NCBI GenBank assembly: GCA_018894435.1
Contig: JAHIPI010000027.1
Span: forward strand, 1,552-65,551
Direction: 5' to 3'
DNA: 64,000 bases
Source of the DNA: Candidatus Omnitrophota bacterium
GTDB taxonomy: Bacteria > Omnitrophota > Gorgyraeia > JAHIPI01
This document shows, piece after piece, positions 27,762 to 37,702 of this stretch (position 1 is the stretch's first letter; each line of letters begins with the position of its first letter). Made by a program: the position numbers and the translations under genes. A model generated the notes under the pieces. That model saw only the letters and a program-made list of their open reading frames with translations, had not been told where the DNA came from and did not search any database.

Positions 27762-28812
27762 CTATCTCCTCCTTATTCCTCGTAACTGTGGCTTCTATCA
27801 GCAGGCTTAAAAGATCCACTTTTTTGCCTCCTCCGGAAGCCTCTATCAAACTCGCAAGGCCGTCCGTACCGTTATTTTTTGAGCGTATGATATCCTTTTC
27901 TGTAGTAATGACGGTATCAATGCCTTCACGCGCGCATTTTTCGATCACTGAGTCAACATCCTTCATGCTGTACAGGTGATGGTCCGCATAATAGAAACTC
28001 TCGGCGATATTGGCGCCCAGATTTTTTATCATCCACTCAAAGTAGCCGGGATTGGCGATAGCCGCAAGAAGAGCTACACGCCTGCCTTTTATATAATCCA
28101 ACGGCACGATCCCGCCGGATACTCTTTTTAGGCCTGCCGGTTTATAGAAAGATTCTACGGCGACAATATCATCTTTTATCTTCTTTAGCTCCGCGTATAT
28201 TGCGGGCTTATTGCTGGCGCCCATATCGGCCTTTGTCAAAACGGCCATGTCGGCCTCTTTCAGGCGGCTGAGCCCTTCGCGCAGGATACCAGCCGGAAAT
28301 AATTTCATATTTCCAAAGGGCGAAGTCGCATCTATGAGGACTATATTGAGGTCTCTTTTCAGCCGGCGATGCTGAAAACCGTCATCAAGTATAATGCAGT
28401 CGCTTCCAAACTTGTCTATGGCGCGCTTTGCGCTTTTATATCTATCGGCCCCTACTATTACGGGTATACCGCTAAGGCGTGTTTCAAGAAGATGCGATTC
28501 ATCTTCGCCGTAACCTCTTATCAAAACGGCGACATTTTTTCCCATCGCCTTTACGTTCTCCGCCAGCATGATAACAAAAGGCGTCTTGCCGGTACCGCCC
28601 AACGTTATATTACCCACACTGATGACCTTGGCGGATACTTTTCTGCAAGGCAGGATGCCGGCCCTATACAAAAAAGATATGCACTTTAAAACAATGGCGT
28701 ACAAAAAAGAGCATAACGATAGAATTATTCCTACTACATAAGCATCCGGCGTCTTCCTTTCGCCTTTCATTATTGAGAGCATGTACAGTTTTAATTTATC
28801 CATGGTAAACAA
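27730..28812 (-). CDS. lpxK: Tetraacyldisaccharide 4'-kinase
   Basis: VISVGNITLGGTGKTPFVIMLAENV; overlaps the neighbouring genes in operon fashion. Confidence 0.85.
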   Translation of the reverse strand: MFTMDKLKLYMLSIMKGERKTPDAYVVGIILSLCSFLYAIVLKCISFLYRAGILPCRKVSAKVISVGNITLGGTGKTPFVIMLAENVKAMGKNVAVLIRGYGEDESHLLETRLSGIPVIVGADRYKSAKRAIDKFGSDCIILDDGFQHRRLKRDLNIVLIDATSPFGNMKLFPAGILREGLSRLKEADMAVLTKADMGASNKPAIYAELKKIKDDIVAVESFYKPAGLKRVSGGIVPLDYIKGRRVALLAAIANPGYFEWMIKNLGANIAESFYYADHHLYSMKDVDSVIEKCAREGIDTVITTEKDIIRSKNNGTDGLASLIEASGGGKKVDLLSLLIEATVTRNKEEIVARLRSLFNS

Positions 28813-30094
28813 GATCCATAATCAAAAGCGCGTTGCGTTCCGTCGAACCGACGTTATCCATAACGACTTTTCGGGCATTCTCGCCCATTATCTTCCGTTT
28901 ATGTTCGTCGAAAAGGAGCTCCCTCAGGTATTTTGCCAGCTCCTCCTCGTCGTCCGCCACGAGAAGCGCGCGTTCATTCAGAAAGAGTTCCGCCATATCC
29001 TTAAAATTATCCACAAAAGGCCCGGTTATTATCGGCTTTGCGTACGCCGCCGGCTCCACAAAATTATGGCCTCCTTGGGGAACAAGGCTTCCGCCCATAA
29101 TCACAATAGCGGCTATCTGATAAAGTACTTTCAGATTGCCGATAGAATCAAGCAGAAATACGCAATCGTCCAAAAAGTGCGCGTCCCGGCCGCTTATTAT
29201 TTCCGACATCCTTACGGGAGTAAAGTCAAACTTTGATATAAGCGCGGCTATTTCATTTACCCTCTCTATGTGACGCGGAGCTATCAAAAGCCGCGCATCC
29301 GGAAAATCACCTTTTAGCGACTTAAAGGCTCCAAGTATCTTTTGGTCTTCTCCACGGTGAGTGCTGCCGGCTATGATAAGTTTTGCCTGATGAGGAAGCC
29401 AAAGATCACTTTTTTCTATCGGGAAAAACGAGCGCGCGGCCGTATCGGATACCTTATATATCATATCAAATTTCATGTTACCGGTAACTTTTACCCTGTC
29501 GGAAGGCGCGCCCAGCTCTATTATTCTCGCCGCGTCGTCTTTCGCCCTCATGGCAAAAAGGGTAATTTTTGAAAGTATATTACTCATGACCGGTTTTATA
29601 AGCATATAATTCGCAAATGATTTCGCGGATATGCGGCCGTTCAAGAGCGCTATAGGTATCTTATTGTCATGAAGCGCCGAAATAAGATTGGGCCATATCT
29701 CGGTCTCTATGGAAATAAACAGGCACGGGTTTATTTCTTTTATCACCTTTTTTACGATAAATGTCAGATCCAGCGGCAAGTATATTACGATGTCCTCTTT
29801 TGCGGCTATGGAAAGCGCTATCTCGTGGCCCGTCTTGGTTACATTTGATATAACGAGGCGTTTTGACGGAAAAAGAGTCTTAATCCTCTCTATGAGGCCC
29901 TCCGTAGTCTTCATTTCCCCTACACTTACGGCGTGGATCCATATGGGCCTTGCACGCGCCATGCCCAGGAGTAATCCCTTGTCAAATATGCCGAAGCGCT
30001 GCATAAAATCCTTATGCGCCTTCTTTTTTATCAGAAAATAAGGCAGATACACCAGCGCAAACAATATAAAAAACAGATTGTAAAGTATCCGCAT
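28796..30094 (-). CDS. waaA: 3-deoxy-D-manno-octulosonic acid transferase (Kdo transferase)
   Basis: PIWIHAVSVGEMKTTEGLIERIK; 432 aa. Confidence 0.85.
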   Translation of the reverse strand: MRILYNLFFILFALVYLPYFLIKKKAHKDFMQRFGIFDKGLLLGMARARPIWIHAVSVGEMKTTEGLIERIKTLFPSKRLVISNVTKTGHEIALSIAAKEDIVIYLPLDLTFIVKKVIKEINPCLFISIETEIWPNLISALHDNKIPIALLNGRISAKSFANYMLIKPVMSNILSKITLFAMRAKDDAARIIELGAPSDRVKVTGNMKFDMIYKVSDTAARSFFPIEKSDLWLPHQAKLIIAGSTHRGEDQKILGAFKSLKGDFPDARLLIAPRHIERVNEIAALISKFDFTPVRMSEIISGRDAHFLDDCVFLLDSIGNLKVLYQIAAIVIMGGSLVPQGGHNFVEPAAYAKPIITGPFVDNFKDMAELFLNERALLVADDEEELAKYLRELLFDEHKRKIMGENARKVVMDNVGSTERNALLIMDLVYHG

Positions 30095-30101
30095 TTTGCC
30101 C

Positions 30102-30974
30102 TTACGCGCGAGGATGCGCTTTGTCGTAAATTTCTTTTAGCCGTTCAGTAGTAACATGCGTATATATCTGTGTTGTGGATAAATTCATGTGCCCCAGAAG
30201 CTCCTGCACACTTCTCAGGTCCGCGCCCCTGTTTAAAAGATGCGTAGCAAAGGAATGCCTGAGCGTGTGAGGGGATACGCCTTCCCGGAGCGATACCCTT
30301 TTTATATATTTCTCCAGGACCCTTCTTATGCTCCTGTCAGTAAGCCTTGAACCGCCCTTGTTTAGAAAAACCGCCTTCTTATCATTAAGCCTTGCAACGC
30401 CTCTTTTATCCAAATAATTCCTTATCGCGCGAAGTGCCTTGTCCCCTATGGGAGCGAGCCTCTCTTTTTTGCCTTTGCCGAAGACCTTCACTACGCCGCC
30501 TATGAAATCCACGTTGTCGAGACTCATGCCTACGAGTTCGCTTACGCGTATACCCGTAGAATAAAGCGTTTCCATTATTGCTCTGTCGCGCAGCCCGGCG
30601 GCGTCCTTTTCATTGGGAGATTCTATCAACCGGGAGACCTCGTCCGGCCCTAAAAAGATAGGCAGCTTCTTATCCAATTTCGGCGTAGCTATGCCTGAAG
30701 ACGGGTTTGCCTTTATATAGCCTTCCCTGTACAAGAATTTAAAAAATGACCTCAATGACGCCAGTTTTCTCGCGACAGTTCGTTTCGAATAATTCTTCGC
30801 CTTCATATTGGCGAGATATTTGCGCAGAAAAAGATAGCTTACGTTTTCCACGCTTGTCTCGCCCAAAAACTTCGCGAAATCCCTCAGGTCTACGGAGTAG
30901 TTCACTATCGTGTGGTGTGAGGCATTCTTTTCTATATTAAGATAATTTACGAATTTATCAATGTAGCGCAGCAT
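30102..30974 (-). CDS. xerC: Tyrosine site-specific recombinase XerC/XerD
   Basis: ...HTLRHSFATHLLNRGADLRSVQELLGHMNLSTTQIYTHV; the dprA-topA-xerC neighbourhood matches known arrangements. Confidence 0.8.
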   Translation of the reverse strand: MLRYIDKFVNYLNIEKNASHHTIVNYSVDLRDFAKFLGETSVENVSYLFLRKYLANMKAKNYSKRTVARKLASLRSFFKFLYREGYIKANPSSGIATPKLDKKLPIFLGPDEVSRLIESPNEKDAAGLRDRAIMETLYSTGIRVSELVGMSLDNVDFIGGVVKVFGKGKKERLAPIGDKALRAIRNYLDKRGVARLNDKKAVFLNKGGSRLTDRSIRRVLEKYIKRVSLREGVSPHTLRHSFATHLLNRGADLRSVQELLGHMNLSTTQIYTHVTTERLKEIYDKAHPRA

Positions 30975-30983
30975 ACGATTTAT

Positions 30984-31009
30984 GTAGAGGACATTTAAAC
31001 GTCCTCTAC
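30984..31009. repeat. GTAG-hairpin (family D): GTAGAGGACA-TTTAAA-CGTCCTCTAC
   Basis: Contains the last four codons and the stop of topA. Related to the hairpin at 52148 with compensatory base changes. Confidence 0.6.
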
Positions 31010-33028
31010 TCCTGTGGACAACTTATTGTCGGGCGTATCTTTTGAGGGCAGAGTACGGGAGACATAGCGGCACGCGGGAAACTTGGTACAGCCGTAAAAG
31101 GCCCCCCTCGAGGAGCGCCTTTCCACAAGCTCTCCTCGGCAATCAGGCTGGGGGCATTTCACTCCGGTGGTAATAGATTTGGCATTCTTGCAGCGGGGGA
31201 AGTCGGAACAGCTTAAGAATTTTCCCTTTCTGCCCCACTTTATCACCATCGGCTTGCCGCATTTATCGCATACCTCGTTCGTAGGCGTATTGATATTCTT
31301 AATGCTCTTCATGTCCTTCTGAGCCTTTTCGAACGCTATTTTAAACGGCGAGTAGAAATCCCTTAGGACCTTAAGCCATTCTATCTTTCCCTCCTCCACC
31401 TCGTCCAGCTCCTCTTCAAGATAAGCGGTAAATTTTATATCCAACACTTTCGGAAAATGCTTGGTTAAAAGCTCTGTCACCACCATGCCCAATTCTGTCG
31501 GGTAGAGATAGCCCTTTTCCCTTTTAACATAATTGCGTAAGGTAATAGTCGAGATAATAGGGGCATATGTGCTGGGGCGGCCTATGCCTTTTTCTTCAAG
31601 CTCTTTTACCAAAGAAGCGTCGGAGAACCTCGGCGGAGGGTTTGTAAAATGCTGCGACGGGTCCAACTTAATAAGTACCAATAATTCTTTTTCCTGTAAG
31701 TGCGGCAGGGTGTTAGTTTCTTTGTCAGTATCATGGTATAGGGCGGTAAAGCCGTCAAAAAGGACCTTGGTGCCGCTTGCCCTGAATATACATTTGCCCG
31801 CTTCTATATCTGCGCTGACAACGAGATTAAGCGCCGGTTCCATCTGGCTCGTGACGAACCTCGTCCATATAAGCTCGTACAATTTATGCTGAGCGCTCGA
31901 GAGATGCTCCTTTATGGCATCCGGTTCGTGAAGAGGCAAACTTGGCCTGATAGCTTCATGCGCCTCCTCGGCGCTCTTTTTTGATTTGTATTTATTGGGT
32001 GCCGCCGGGCAGTATTTTTTCCCGAATTTTTTTGTAATATACTCCCGCACCTCGTTCTCTGCTTCTTTGGACACGTTGACGGAATCGGTCCTCATATAAG
32101 TTATGAGCCCTGCGGCTTCTTCCTTACCCAGCTCTATACCTTCGTAGAGTTCCTGCGCCACTTTCATTGTTTTGCCAACCGAAAATCCGAGTTTATTAAA
32201 CGCGTCCTGCTGCATTTTGCTCGTGGTATAAGGCGGGTACGGCGAACGCCTCTTTTTTATCTCCCTTACGCTCTTTACTATGAAGTTTTCTTCTTTAAGG
32301 CCGCCTATAATGGCTTCCGCTTCTTTTCCGGCCTTTAATTTCGATTCGTTGCCGTCTATCAATATCAATTTCGCCTTAAAGGGCCTCGTCTCCCCTTTGT
32401 CCGTTTCGGCGGCATCCGTAAGAGCGCCTCTCTTTTTTAGAAGGGCCTCTACTTCCCAATATTCCACCGGAATAAACGCCTTTATTTTTTGCTCCCGTTC
32501 GGCTACCAATCTGAGAGCCACCGACTGAACCCTGCCGGCGCTTAAACCCGAACCGACCTTCTTCCATAAAAGCGGGCTAAGGCTGTATCCGAGCACCCTG
32601 TCAAGTATCCTTCTTGCCTGTTGCGCGTTCACTTTGTTAATATCCAGTATGTGGGGATTTTTGAATGCCTCTTTTATCGCCCGTTCCGTTATTTCGTGGA
32701 AAGTGACGCGGTGGATCTTATCGTTTATTCCGGAAAGCTGGTCCCTCAGATGGTATGCTATCGCCTCGCCTTCTCTGTCAGGGTCCATCGCCAGGTAAAT
32801 ATCCTCCGTCTCCTTCGCGCCTTTTTTAAGCTCGGAAAGGATCTTGCGCCGTTTTGCCATAACTATATAACGGGGCTTGAAATCATTCTCAAGGTCAACG
32901 CCCATCTCGCTCTTCGGCAGGTCTATTACGTGCCCCATTGAAGAGAGGATAATGTAATCACTGCCTAAAAACTTGTTTATAGTTTTCGATTTTGTCGGCG
33001 ATTCGACCACTACCAGATGTTTTGCCAT
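30995..33028 (-). CDS. topA: DNA topoisomerase I with C-terminal zinc-ribbon repeats
   Basis: MAKHLVVVESPTKSKTINKFLG... TOPRIM; C-terminal Cys4 modules. Confidence 0.9.
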   Translation of the reverse strand: MAKHLVVVESPTKSKTINKFLGSDYIILSSMGHVIDLPKSEMGVDLENDFKPRYIVMAKRRKILSELKKGAKETEDIYLAMDPDREGEAIAYHLRDQLSGINDKIHRVTFHEITERAIKEAFKNPHILDINKVNAQQARRILDRVLGYSLSPLLWKKVGSGLSAGRVQSVALRLVAEREQKIKAFIPVEYWEVEALLKKRGALTDAAETDKGETRPFKAKLILIDGNESKLKAGKEAEAIIGGLKEENFIVKSVREIKKRRSPYPPYTTSKMQQDAFNKLGFSVGKTMKVAQELYEGIELGKEEAAGLITYMRTDSVNVSKEAENEVREYITKKFGKKYCPAAPNKYKSKKSAEEAHEAIRPSLPLHEPDAIKEHLSSAQHKLYELIWTRFVTSQMEPALNLVVSADIEAGKCIFRASGTKVLFDGFTALYHDTDKETNTLPHLQEKELLVLIKLDPSQHFTNPPPRFSDASLVKELEEKGIGRPSTYAPIISTITLRNYVKREKGYLYPTELGMVVTELLTKHFPKVLDIKFTAYLEEELDEVEEGKIEWLKVLRDFYSPFKIAFEKAQKDMKSIKNINTPTNEVCDKCGKPMVIKWGRKGKFLSCSDFPRCKNAKSITTGVKCPQPDCRGELVERRSSRGAFYGCTKFPACRYVSRTLPSKDTPDNKLSTGVEDV

Positions 33029-33048
33029 TAGGTTTCCTTTACGTGCTT

Positions 33049-33088
33049 GTCATTGCGGGCCCCGCCATGGCGGGGCGAAGCAATCTCA
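33049..33088 (+). repeat. Family-C palindromic element, plus orientation
   Basis: gtcattgcgggccccgccatggcggggcgaagcaatctc. Lies in the 157-bp hairpin-rich dprA-topA intergenic region. Confidence 0.55.
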
Positions 33089-33185
33089 TTCGAGATCCCT
33101 CGTATGCTCCTATTCGTCGCATCCTCGGGATGAAATTCGGCCTGATGACTTACATTCGCTACGCTCTGTAAGTCATGGCCTCATT

Positions 33186-34283
33186 TCACTTCAGTATAAA
33201 ATTCTTGCCCGGTAATTCCCGAATAATATTTTTTATCTCCAGCCTCACAAGAAGCGACGCCACCTTATCAACACTCATATTACTCTTCTCGGTCAGATCA
33301 TCTATATATGAAGGCTCATAACTTAAAAATGCCGTCATTGCCAACTCATCTTTAGTTAAATCCTCCCGGCCGCTTATCCCTTTTGCCGGGCCGTCCGCGG
33401 GTTTTTTATAGAATCTCAGCTTATTTTCTATCTCCTCAATAATATCGTCGGGGCCTTCTATTAGCTTGGCGCCTTCTTTTATAAGCCTGTTCGTACCGGC
33501 GCTAGTTTTGGAATCGACCCTACCGGGCATGGCAAATACGTCTCTATTATCTTCCAGCGCAAAATTCGCCGTTATAAGGGCGCCGCTACTCTCGCCGGCC
33601 TCCACAACTACCACGCCGAGCGAAAGGCCGCTTATAATCCTATTGCGCCTCGGAAAATTCAGTTTAAGAGGCGGCGTATCCATGGGAAACTCGGAGATGA
33701 CGGCTCCGTGGGCGCTGATCTCCTCCGCGAGCTTTTTATTCTCCGGCGGATAGATATCGTTGAGGCCGCTGCCGAGCACCGCTATCGTGCGTCCTGACTT
33801 AAGCGCGCCCTTATGCGCCGCCGTATCTATGCCGCGCGCCATCCCGCTCACGATCGTTATGCCGCGCGAAGCAAGGGCCTCGCTCAATTTCTCCGAACTC
33901 GATATGCCGTAATGAGACGGTATCCTTACGCCGACTATAGCCACACTATCGGCGTCTTCGGGTTTTATCTCGCCTTTTATATAAAGAACTATAGGGGGCG
34001 AATAACTATTTTTAAGAAGCTCCGGATATTTGGGGTCAAATACGCTTATGGCGTAGACACTTCTTTTTTCCATCAAACGGAGCTCCTTATCAAGCTCCTC
34101 TCTTTTTAAGGAGGCTATCTTATCTGCTATTGTTTCCCCGATATTCGGTATCTTGGCCAGCTCCCGGCGCGGGGCCTTTAATACAGCCCCGGGTTCTCCG
34201 TAGAATTTTAGGAGGCCTTCGAGCTTTTTAAAGCCGAGGCCCTCCGCCATATTGAGGAGTATGTAGTCTTCTATATGCGTCAT
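33186..34283 (-). CDS. dprA: DNA processing protein A (Smf)
   Basis: ...VSGMARGIDTAAHKGAL...AVLGSGL... Rossmann-like DprA core. Confidence 0.85.
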   Translation of the reverse strand: MTHIEDYILLNMAEGLGFKKLEGLLKFYGEPGAVLKAPRRELAKIPNIGETIADKIASLKREELDKELRLMEKRSVYAISVFDPKYPELLKNSYSPPIVLYIKGEIKPEDADSVAIVGVRIPSHYGISSSEKLSEALASRGITIVSGMARGIDTAAHKGALKSGRTIAVLGSGLNDIYPPENKKLAEEISAHGAVISEFPMDTPPLKLNFPRRNRIISGLSLGVVVVEAGESSGALITANFALEDNRDVFAMPGRVDSKTSAGTNRLIKEGAKLIEGPDDIIEEIENKLRFYKKPADGPAKGISGREDLTKDELAMTAFLSYEPSYIDDLTEKSNMSVDKVASLLVRLEIKNIIRELPGKNFILK

Positions 34284-34286
34284 ATG

Positions 34287-34856
34287 TTATTTCCCGGTCC
34301 TCCGGTAGATCTCCATGATTTCGTTGGCGATATCCCGAGCCGTCTTCCCTGTCGTGTTTATCTGATAATCTGCCCTTCTATAATACGATTCTCTTTTCTT
34401 TAAAAGATAACTTATCTCGCCAAGCGGGTCTTCAACATTCAAGAGCGGCCGGTGCGTCCTTTGGCTTACCCTTTTGTATATCTCCTCCGGCGTGGCATTA
34501 AGGCAGAAAAGAATGCCGTTCATCTTGAGGTCAGCCACATTCAGTTCGTTTATTACAGCGCCGCCGCCCGTATCTATGACAGTCGATTCCTCTGCCGATA
34601 CTTCCATTATCGCTTCCCGTTCAAGCTGCCTGAAATAAGATTCGCCTTTCTTCGCGAATATATCATTTATGAACATGCCGGCTTTCTTCTCTATGATATC
34701 GTCTGTCCTGATAAAAGAAATGCCAAGCTCTTTCGCTATGAGAGCGGCAACGACCGTCTTGCCGGTACCCATGAAGCCTACTAGCACAATGTTCTTCTTG
34801 GGCATGCGCATTTTGTCTTCCATAGTTTTTCGCTCGCAATATCTCTTATTAACCAC
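34287..34856 (-). CDS. aroK: Shikimate kinase
   Basis: IVLVGFMGTGKTVVAALIAKELGISFIRTDD; the true start is probably the internal Met before this P-loop. Confidence 0.8.
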   Translation of the reverse strand: MVNKRYCERKTMEDKMRMPKKNIVLVGFMGTGKTVVAALIAKELGISFIRTDDIIEKKAGMFINDIFAKKGESYFRQLEREAIMEVSAEESTVIDTGGGAVINELNVADLKMNGILFCLNATPEEIYKRVSQRTHRPLLNVEDPLGEISYLLKKRESYYRRADYQINTTGKTARDIANEIMEIYRRTGK

Positions 34857-34922
34857 ATCAATATGAATTCCACGGGTTCCCCAAGGAATTCGCTACTTCC
34901 CAAATGCGGGCGAATTTCATAC

Positions 34923-36044
34923 CTAAAATTTTTCCAGCATCTTTATATAATTCTGATAGTTCTTGGTAATTTCCCCAAGCGCGTCCGAACCGAACTTCTC
35001 CAAAAATGCGCCTGCGATTTCAAAGGCGCATACTCCTTCCGCTACTACTGAAGCGGATGGCACTGCGCATATATCAGACCGCTCAAGCGCGGCGCTCGTC
35101 ACTTCTTTCGTGATTATATCCACACTTTTAAGGGGATTTTTGAGTGTTGATATCGGTTTCATGGCGGCCCTTATTACTACGGGTTCTCCATTTGTTATGC
35201 CGCCTTCTATTCCTCCGGCATTATTTGTGGATCTTCGGAATCTGCCGTCTTTATATATTATCTCGTCGTGCGACTTTGAACCCATCCTCTTTGCCAGAGA
35301 AAATCCCGCGCCTATTTCAACTCCTTTTATCGCTTGTATAGACATTACGCCCATTGCGAGCCTTCCATCAAGCTTCCTGTCCCACTGGACATGCGAGCCC
35401 AGTCCTGGGGGCTGGCCTGTTATTACGACCTCAAATATCCCGCCAAGGGTATCGCCGGCCGATGAAGCCTTGTCGATCTCCTCGCACATCAATTTCTCCG
35501 CCGCTTTATCCGCGCAGCGCAATATGGAACCGGATGCTGTATTTTTTACCTCCGCGAGGGTCTGGCCGGATGTATGGGCGTCTATCCCGCCTATGTGTAT
35601 GACATGAGAAAATATATCTATGTCAAACTCCGAAAGAAAAATCTTACAGACTGCTCCTAGTGCGACTCTCGCCGCCGTCTCTCTTGCGCTTGAGCGCTCG
35701 AGGATATCGCGCATATCGCGCCTTCCGTATTTCATGGCTCCCGCCAGATCCGCATGGCCCGGCCTTGGAGAATGGATCTTCGGCAGTTCGTCTATTCTCG
35801 CGTCGGCATTCTTAATAAGAAGCGAAATAGGGCTCCCTATCGTTTCGCCGTTTCTCAGGCCCGAGAGTATTTCTGCCTTATCAGCCTCTATCTTCATCCT
35901 CTCGCCGCGGCCATAACCTGACTGCCGTTTTTTAAGCTCATTATTTATAAAATCCGCGGGTATCTTGAGGCCCGACGGCATTCCTTCCAGTATGGCAAGG
36001 AGCGCCTTACCGTGAGATTCGCCAGCCGTTAAATATCTTAGCAT
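34923..36044 (-). CDS. aroC: Chorismate synthase
   Basis: MLRYLTAGESHGKALLAILEGMPSGL... Confidence 0.9.
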   Translation of the reverse strand: MLRYLTAGESHGKALLAILEGMPSGLKIPADFINNELKKRQSGYGRGERMKIEADKAEILSGLRNGETIGSPISLLIKNADARIDELPKIHSPRPGHADLAGAMKYGRRDMRDILERSSARETAARVALGAVCKIFLSEFDIDIFSHVIHIGGIDAHTSGQTLAEVKNTASGSILRCADKAAEKLMCEEIDKASSAGDTLGGIFEVVITGQPPGLGSHVQWDRKLDGRLAMGVMSIQAIKGVEIGAGFSLAKRMGSKSHDEIIYKDGRFRRSTNNAGGIEGGITNGEPVVIRAAMKPISTLKNPLKSVDIITKEVTSAALERSDICAVPSASVVAEGVCAFEIAGAFLEKFGSDALGEITKNYQNYIKMLEKF

Positions 36045-36067
36045 TGCACACCCCCGTTAAGGAATTT

Positions 36068-36853
36068 TTAATACAGAAAAAGATAGCTGAGTATCCTGTC
36101 CCCCCAAAAAATGACAATAATCGCGGCCAGTGAAATATACGGCCCGTAGGGAATAGTCTCTATTTTATATTTAACCTTAAGCATTATGCCCACAAAAGCG
36201 CCGAAAAAAGGCGCGATAAAAAATACCAAAAGCGCCATTTTCCATCCGAGAAATGCTCCTATCATGGCCATCAGTTTGACATCCCCTCCGCCCATAGCGT
36301 CTTTCTTAAAAGCAATGGTCCCTAAAACGCCTATAAGGTATATACTGCCTCCGCCTACTAAAACTCCCAAAAGAGAATTTATTAAGGCCTTCTGGCGGCT
36401 TATTTCTCCGAAGATAGACGGGAAAATATACGCCGCTATAAGCCCTATTATTATCCCTGAAACCGTTATAGAATCGGGTATTATCTGAAAATCAAAATCT
36501 ATGAAAGTCGCCGCAATAAGTGCCGAAACAAGCAGCGCCATAAAGGCGAACTTCTCGCTAGACCCGAAACTTATAAAGAGCGCAAGGAATAAAAGCGCCG
36601 AAGTCAATTCAACTATGAAATACCGGGGCGAAATAGTCCTCGCGCAAAAACGGCAGCGCCCCCGCAGAAAGATGTAACTCAAAAACGGGATATTGTCATA
36701 CCAATGAAGCCTGTTATTGCAATTGACGCAGTGCGACGGCGGATAGACGATAGATTCGTTCCGCGGAAGCCTGTGTATACAGACATTAAGAAAGCTCCCA
36801 ACGACGGAGCCCATTATAAATATAAATATTTTTAAGCCCATTTTATAATACAC
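36068..36853 (-). CDS. pilD: Type IV prepilin peptidase (A24 family) with an N-terminal zinc-binding DiS-P-DiS domain
   Basis: GSFLNVCIHRLPRNESIVYPPSHCVNCNNRLHWYDNIPFLSYIFLRGRCRFC. Confidence 0.8.
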   Translation of the reverse strand: MYYKMGLKIFIFIMGSVVGSFLNVCIHRLPRNESIVYPPSHCVNCNNRLHWYDNIPFLSYIFLRGRCRFCARTISPRYFIVELTSALLFLALFISFGSSEKFAFMALLVSALIAATFIDFDFQIIPDSITVSGIIIGLIAAYIFPSIFGEISRQKALINSLLGVLVGGGSIYLIGVLGTIAFKKDAMGGGDVKLMAMIGAFLGWKMALLVFFIAPFFGAFVGIMLKVKYKIETIPYGPYISLAAIIVIFWGDRILSYLFLY

Positions 36854-37694
36854 CGCTGAGCGCCTTCTTCATAAGATGAATCGGCGCTTTTTTGCCTGTC
36901 CAGATAGTAAAGGCCAATGTACCTTGGTTCAACAGCATCCCCATTCCGTTCGCTGTCACAGCGCCCCTGTTTCGGGCATCGCGTAAAAGCGTGGTCGTCC
37001 TGGGGTTATATATGGCATCGTAAACTAAAAGGCCCTTATGTATAAAATTGGGCTCAATTACTCTTGGGTCGGACACCTTCATGCCGCAGGGCGTAGCGTT
37101 TACTAAAACATCGGAATTGAGGACCATCTCTTTTATGGCCTTATTCTCTTTCTTAAGAGCGATCGCCTCGCAGGACGTGTGCCTGGAAACGGCCTTTGCC
37201 AAAGCCGCCGACTTTTCCGCTGCATCATCCACAAGCGTGATACGTCCGGCGCCTTGAAGCGCAAGCGAAAAAGATATGGCCCTGGAAGCGCCGCCTGCGC
37301 CGATTATAAAGAAACGCTTACCCTTAGGTAGTATGCCAAATTCTTCCTGCAGAGACTTTACGAACCCTTTGCCGTCGGTGTTAAAACCCTTCGGCTTTCC
37401 GTCTTTAAGCGCGATTGTGTTTACCGCCCCTATAAGCTCGGCCTCTTTTTCTACATCGTCAAGATATTTTAATACCGCCTCTTTATAAGGTACGGTGACA
37501 TTCAGCCCGCGTATGCCCAGCACTTTTAAGCATTGCATAGCTGAACCGAGGTCCTTGGGTTTTACTTCAAACGCCACATACGCGGCGTTTATGCCAAGTG
37601 ATTGAAATGCGGCATTGTGCATAGCCGGCGAAAATGTATGATGAGCCGGATATCCTATAATGCCGTACAGTTCCGTGCTTCCGTTTATACGCAT
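36843..37694 (-). CDS. aroE: Shikimate dehydrogenase
   Basis: LYGIIGYPAHHTFSPAMHNAAFQSLGINAAY... Confidence 0.85.
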   Translation of the reverse strand: MRINGSTELYGIIGYPAHHTFSPAMHNAAFQSLGINAAYVAFEVKPKDLGSAMQCLKVLGIRGLNVTVPYKEAVLKYLDDVEKEAELIGAVNTIALKDGKPKGFNTDGKGFVKSLQEEFGILPKGKRFFIIGAGGASRAISFSLALQGAGRITLVDDAAEKSAALAKAVSRHTSCEAIALKKENKAIKEMVLNSDVLVNATPCGMKVSDPRVIEPNFIHKGLLVYDAIYNPRTTTLLRDARNRGAVTANGMGMLLNQGTLAFTIWTGKKAPIHLMKKALSGVL

Positions 37695-37702
37695 ATTTGC
37701 CT

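Noticed and set aside
33029-33185. Possible tRNA gene in the long dprA-topA spacer
   Set aside because: No acceptable T-loop (GTTCRANYC) or cloverleaf could be drawn by eye; the stems are better explained as the family-C palindrome plus independent hairpins. A tRNAscan run would be decisive.
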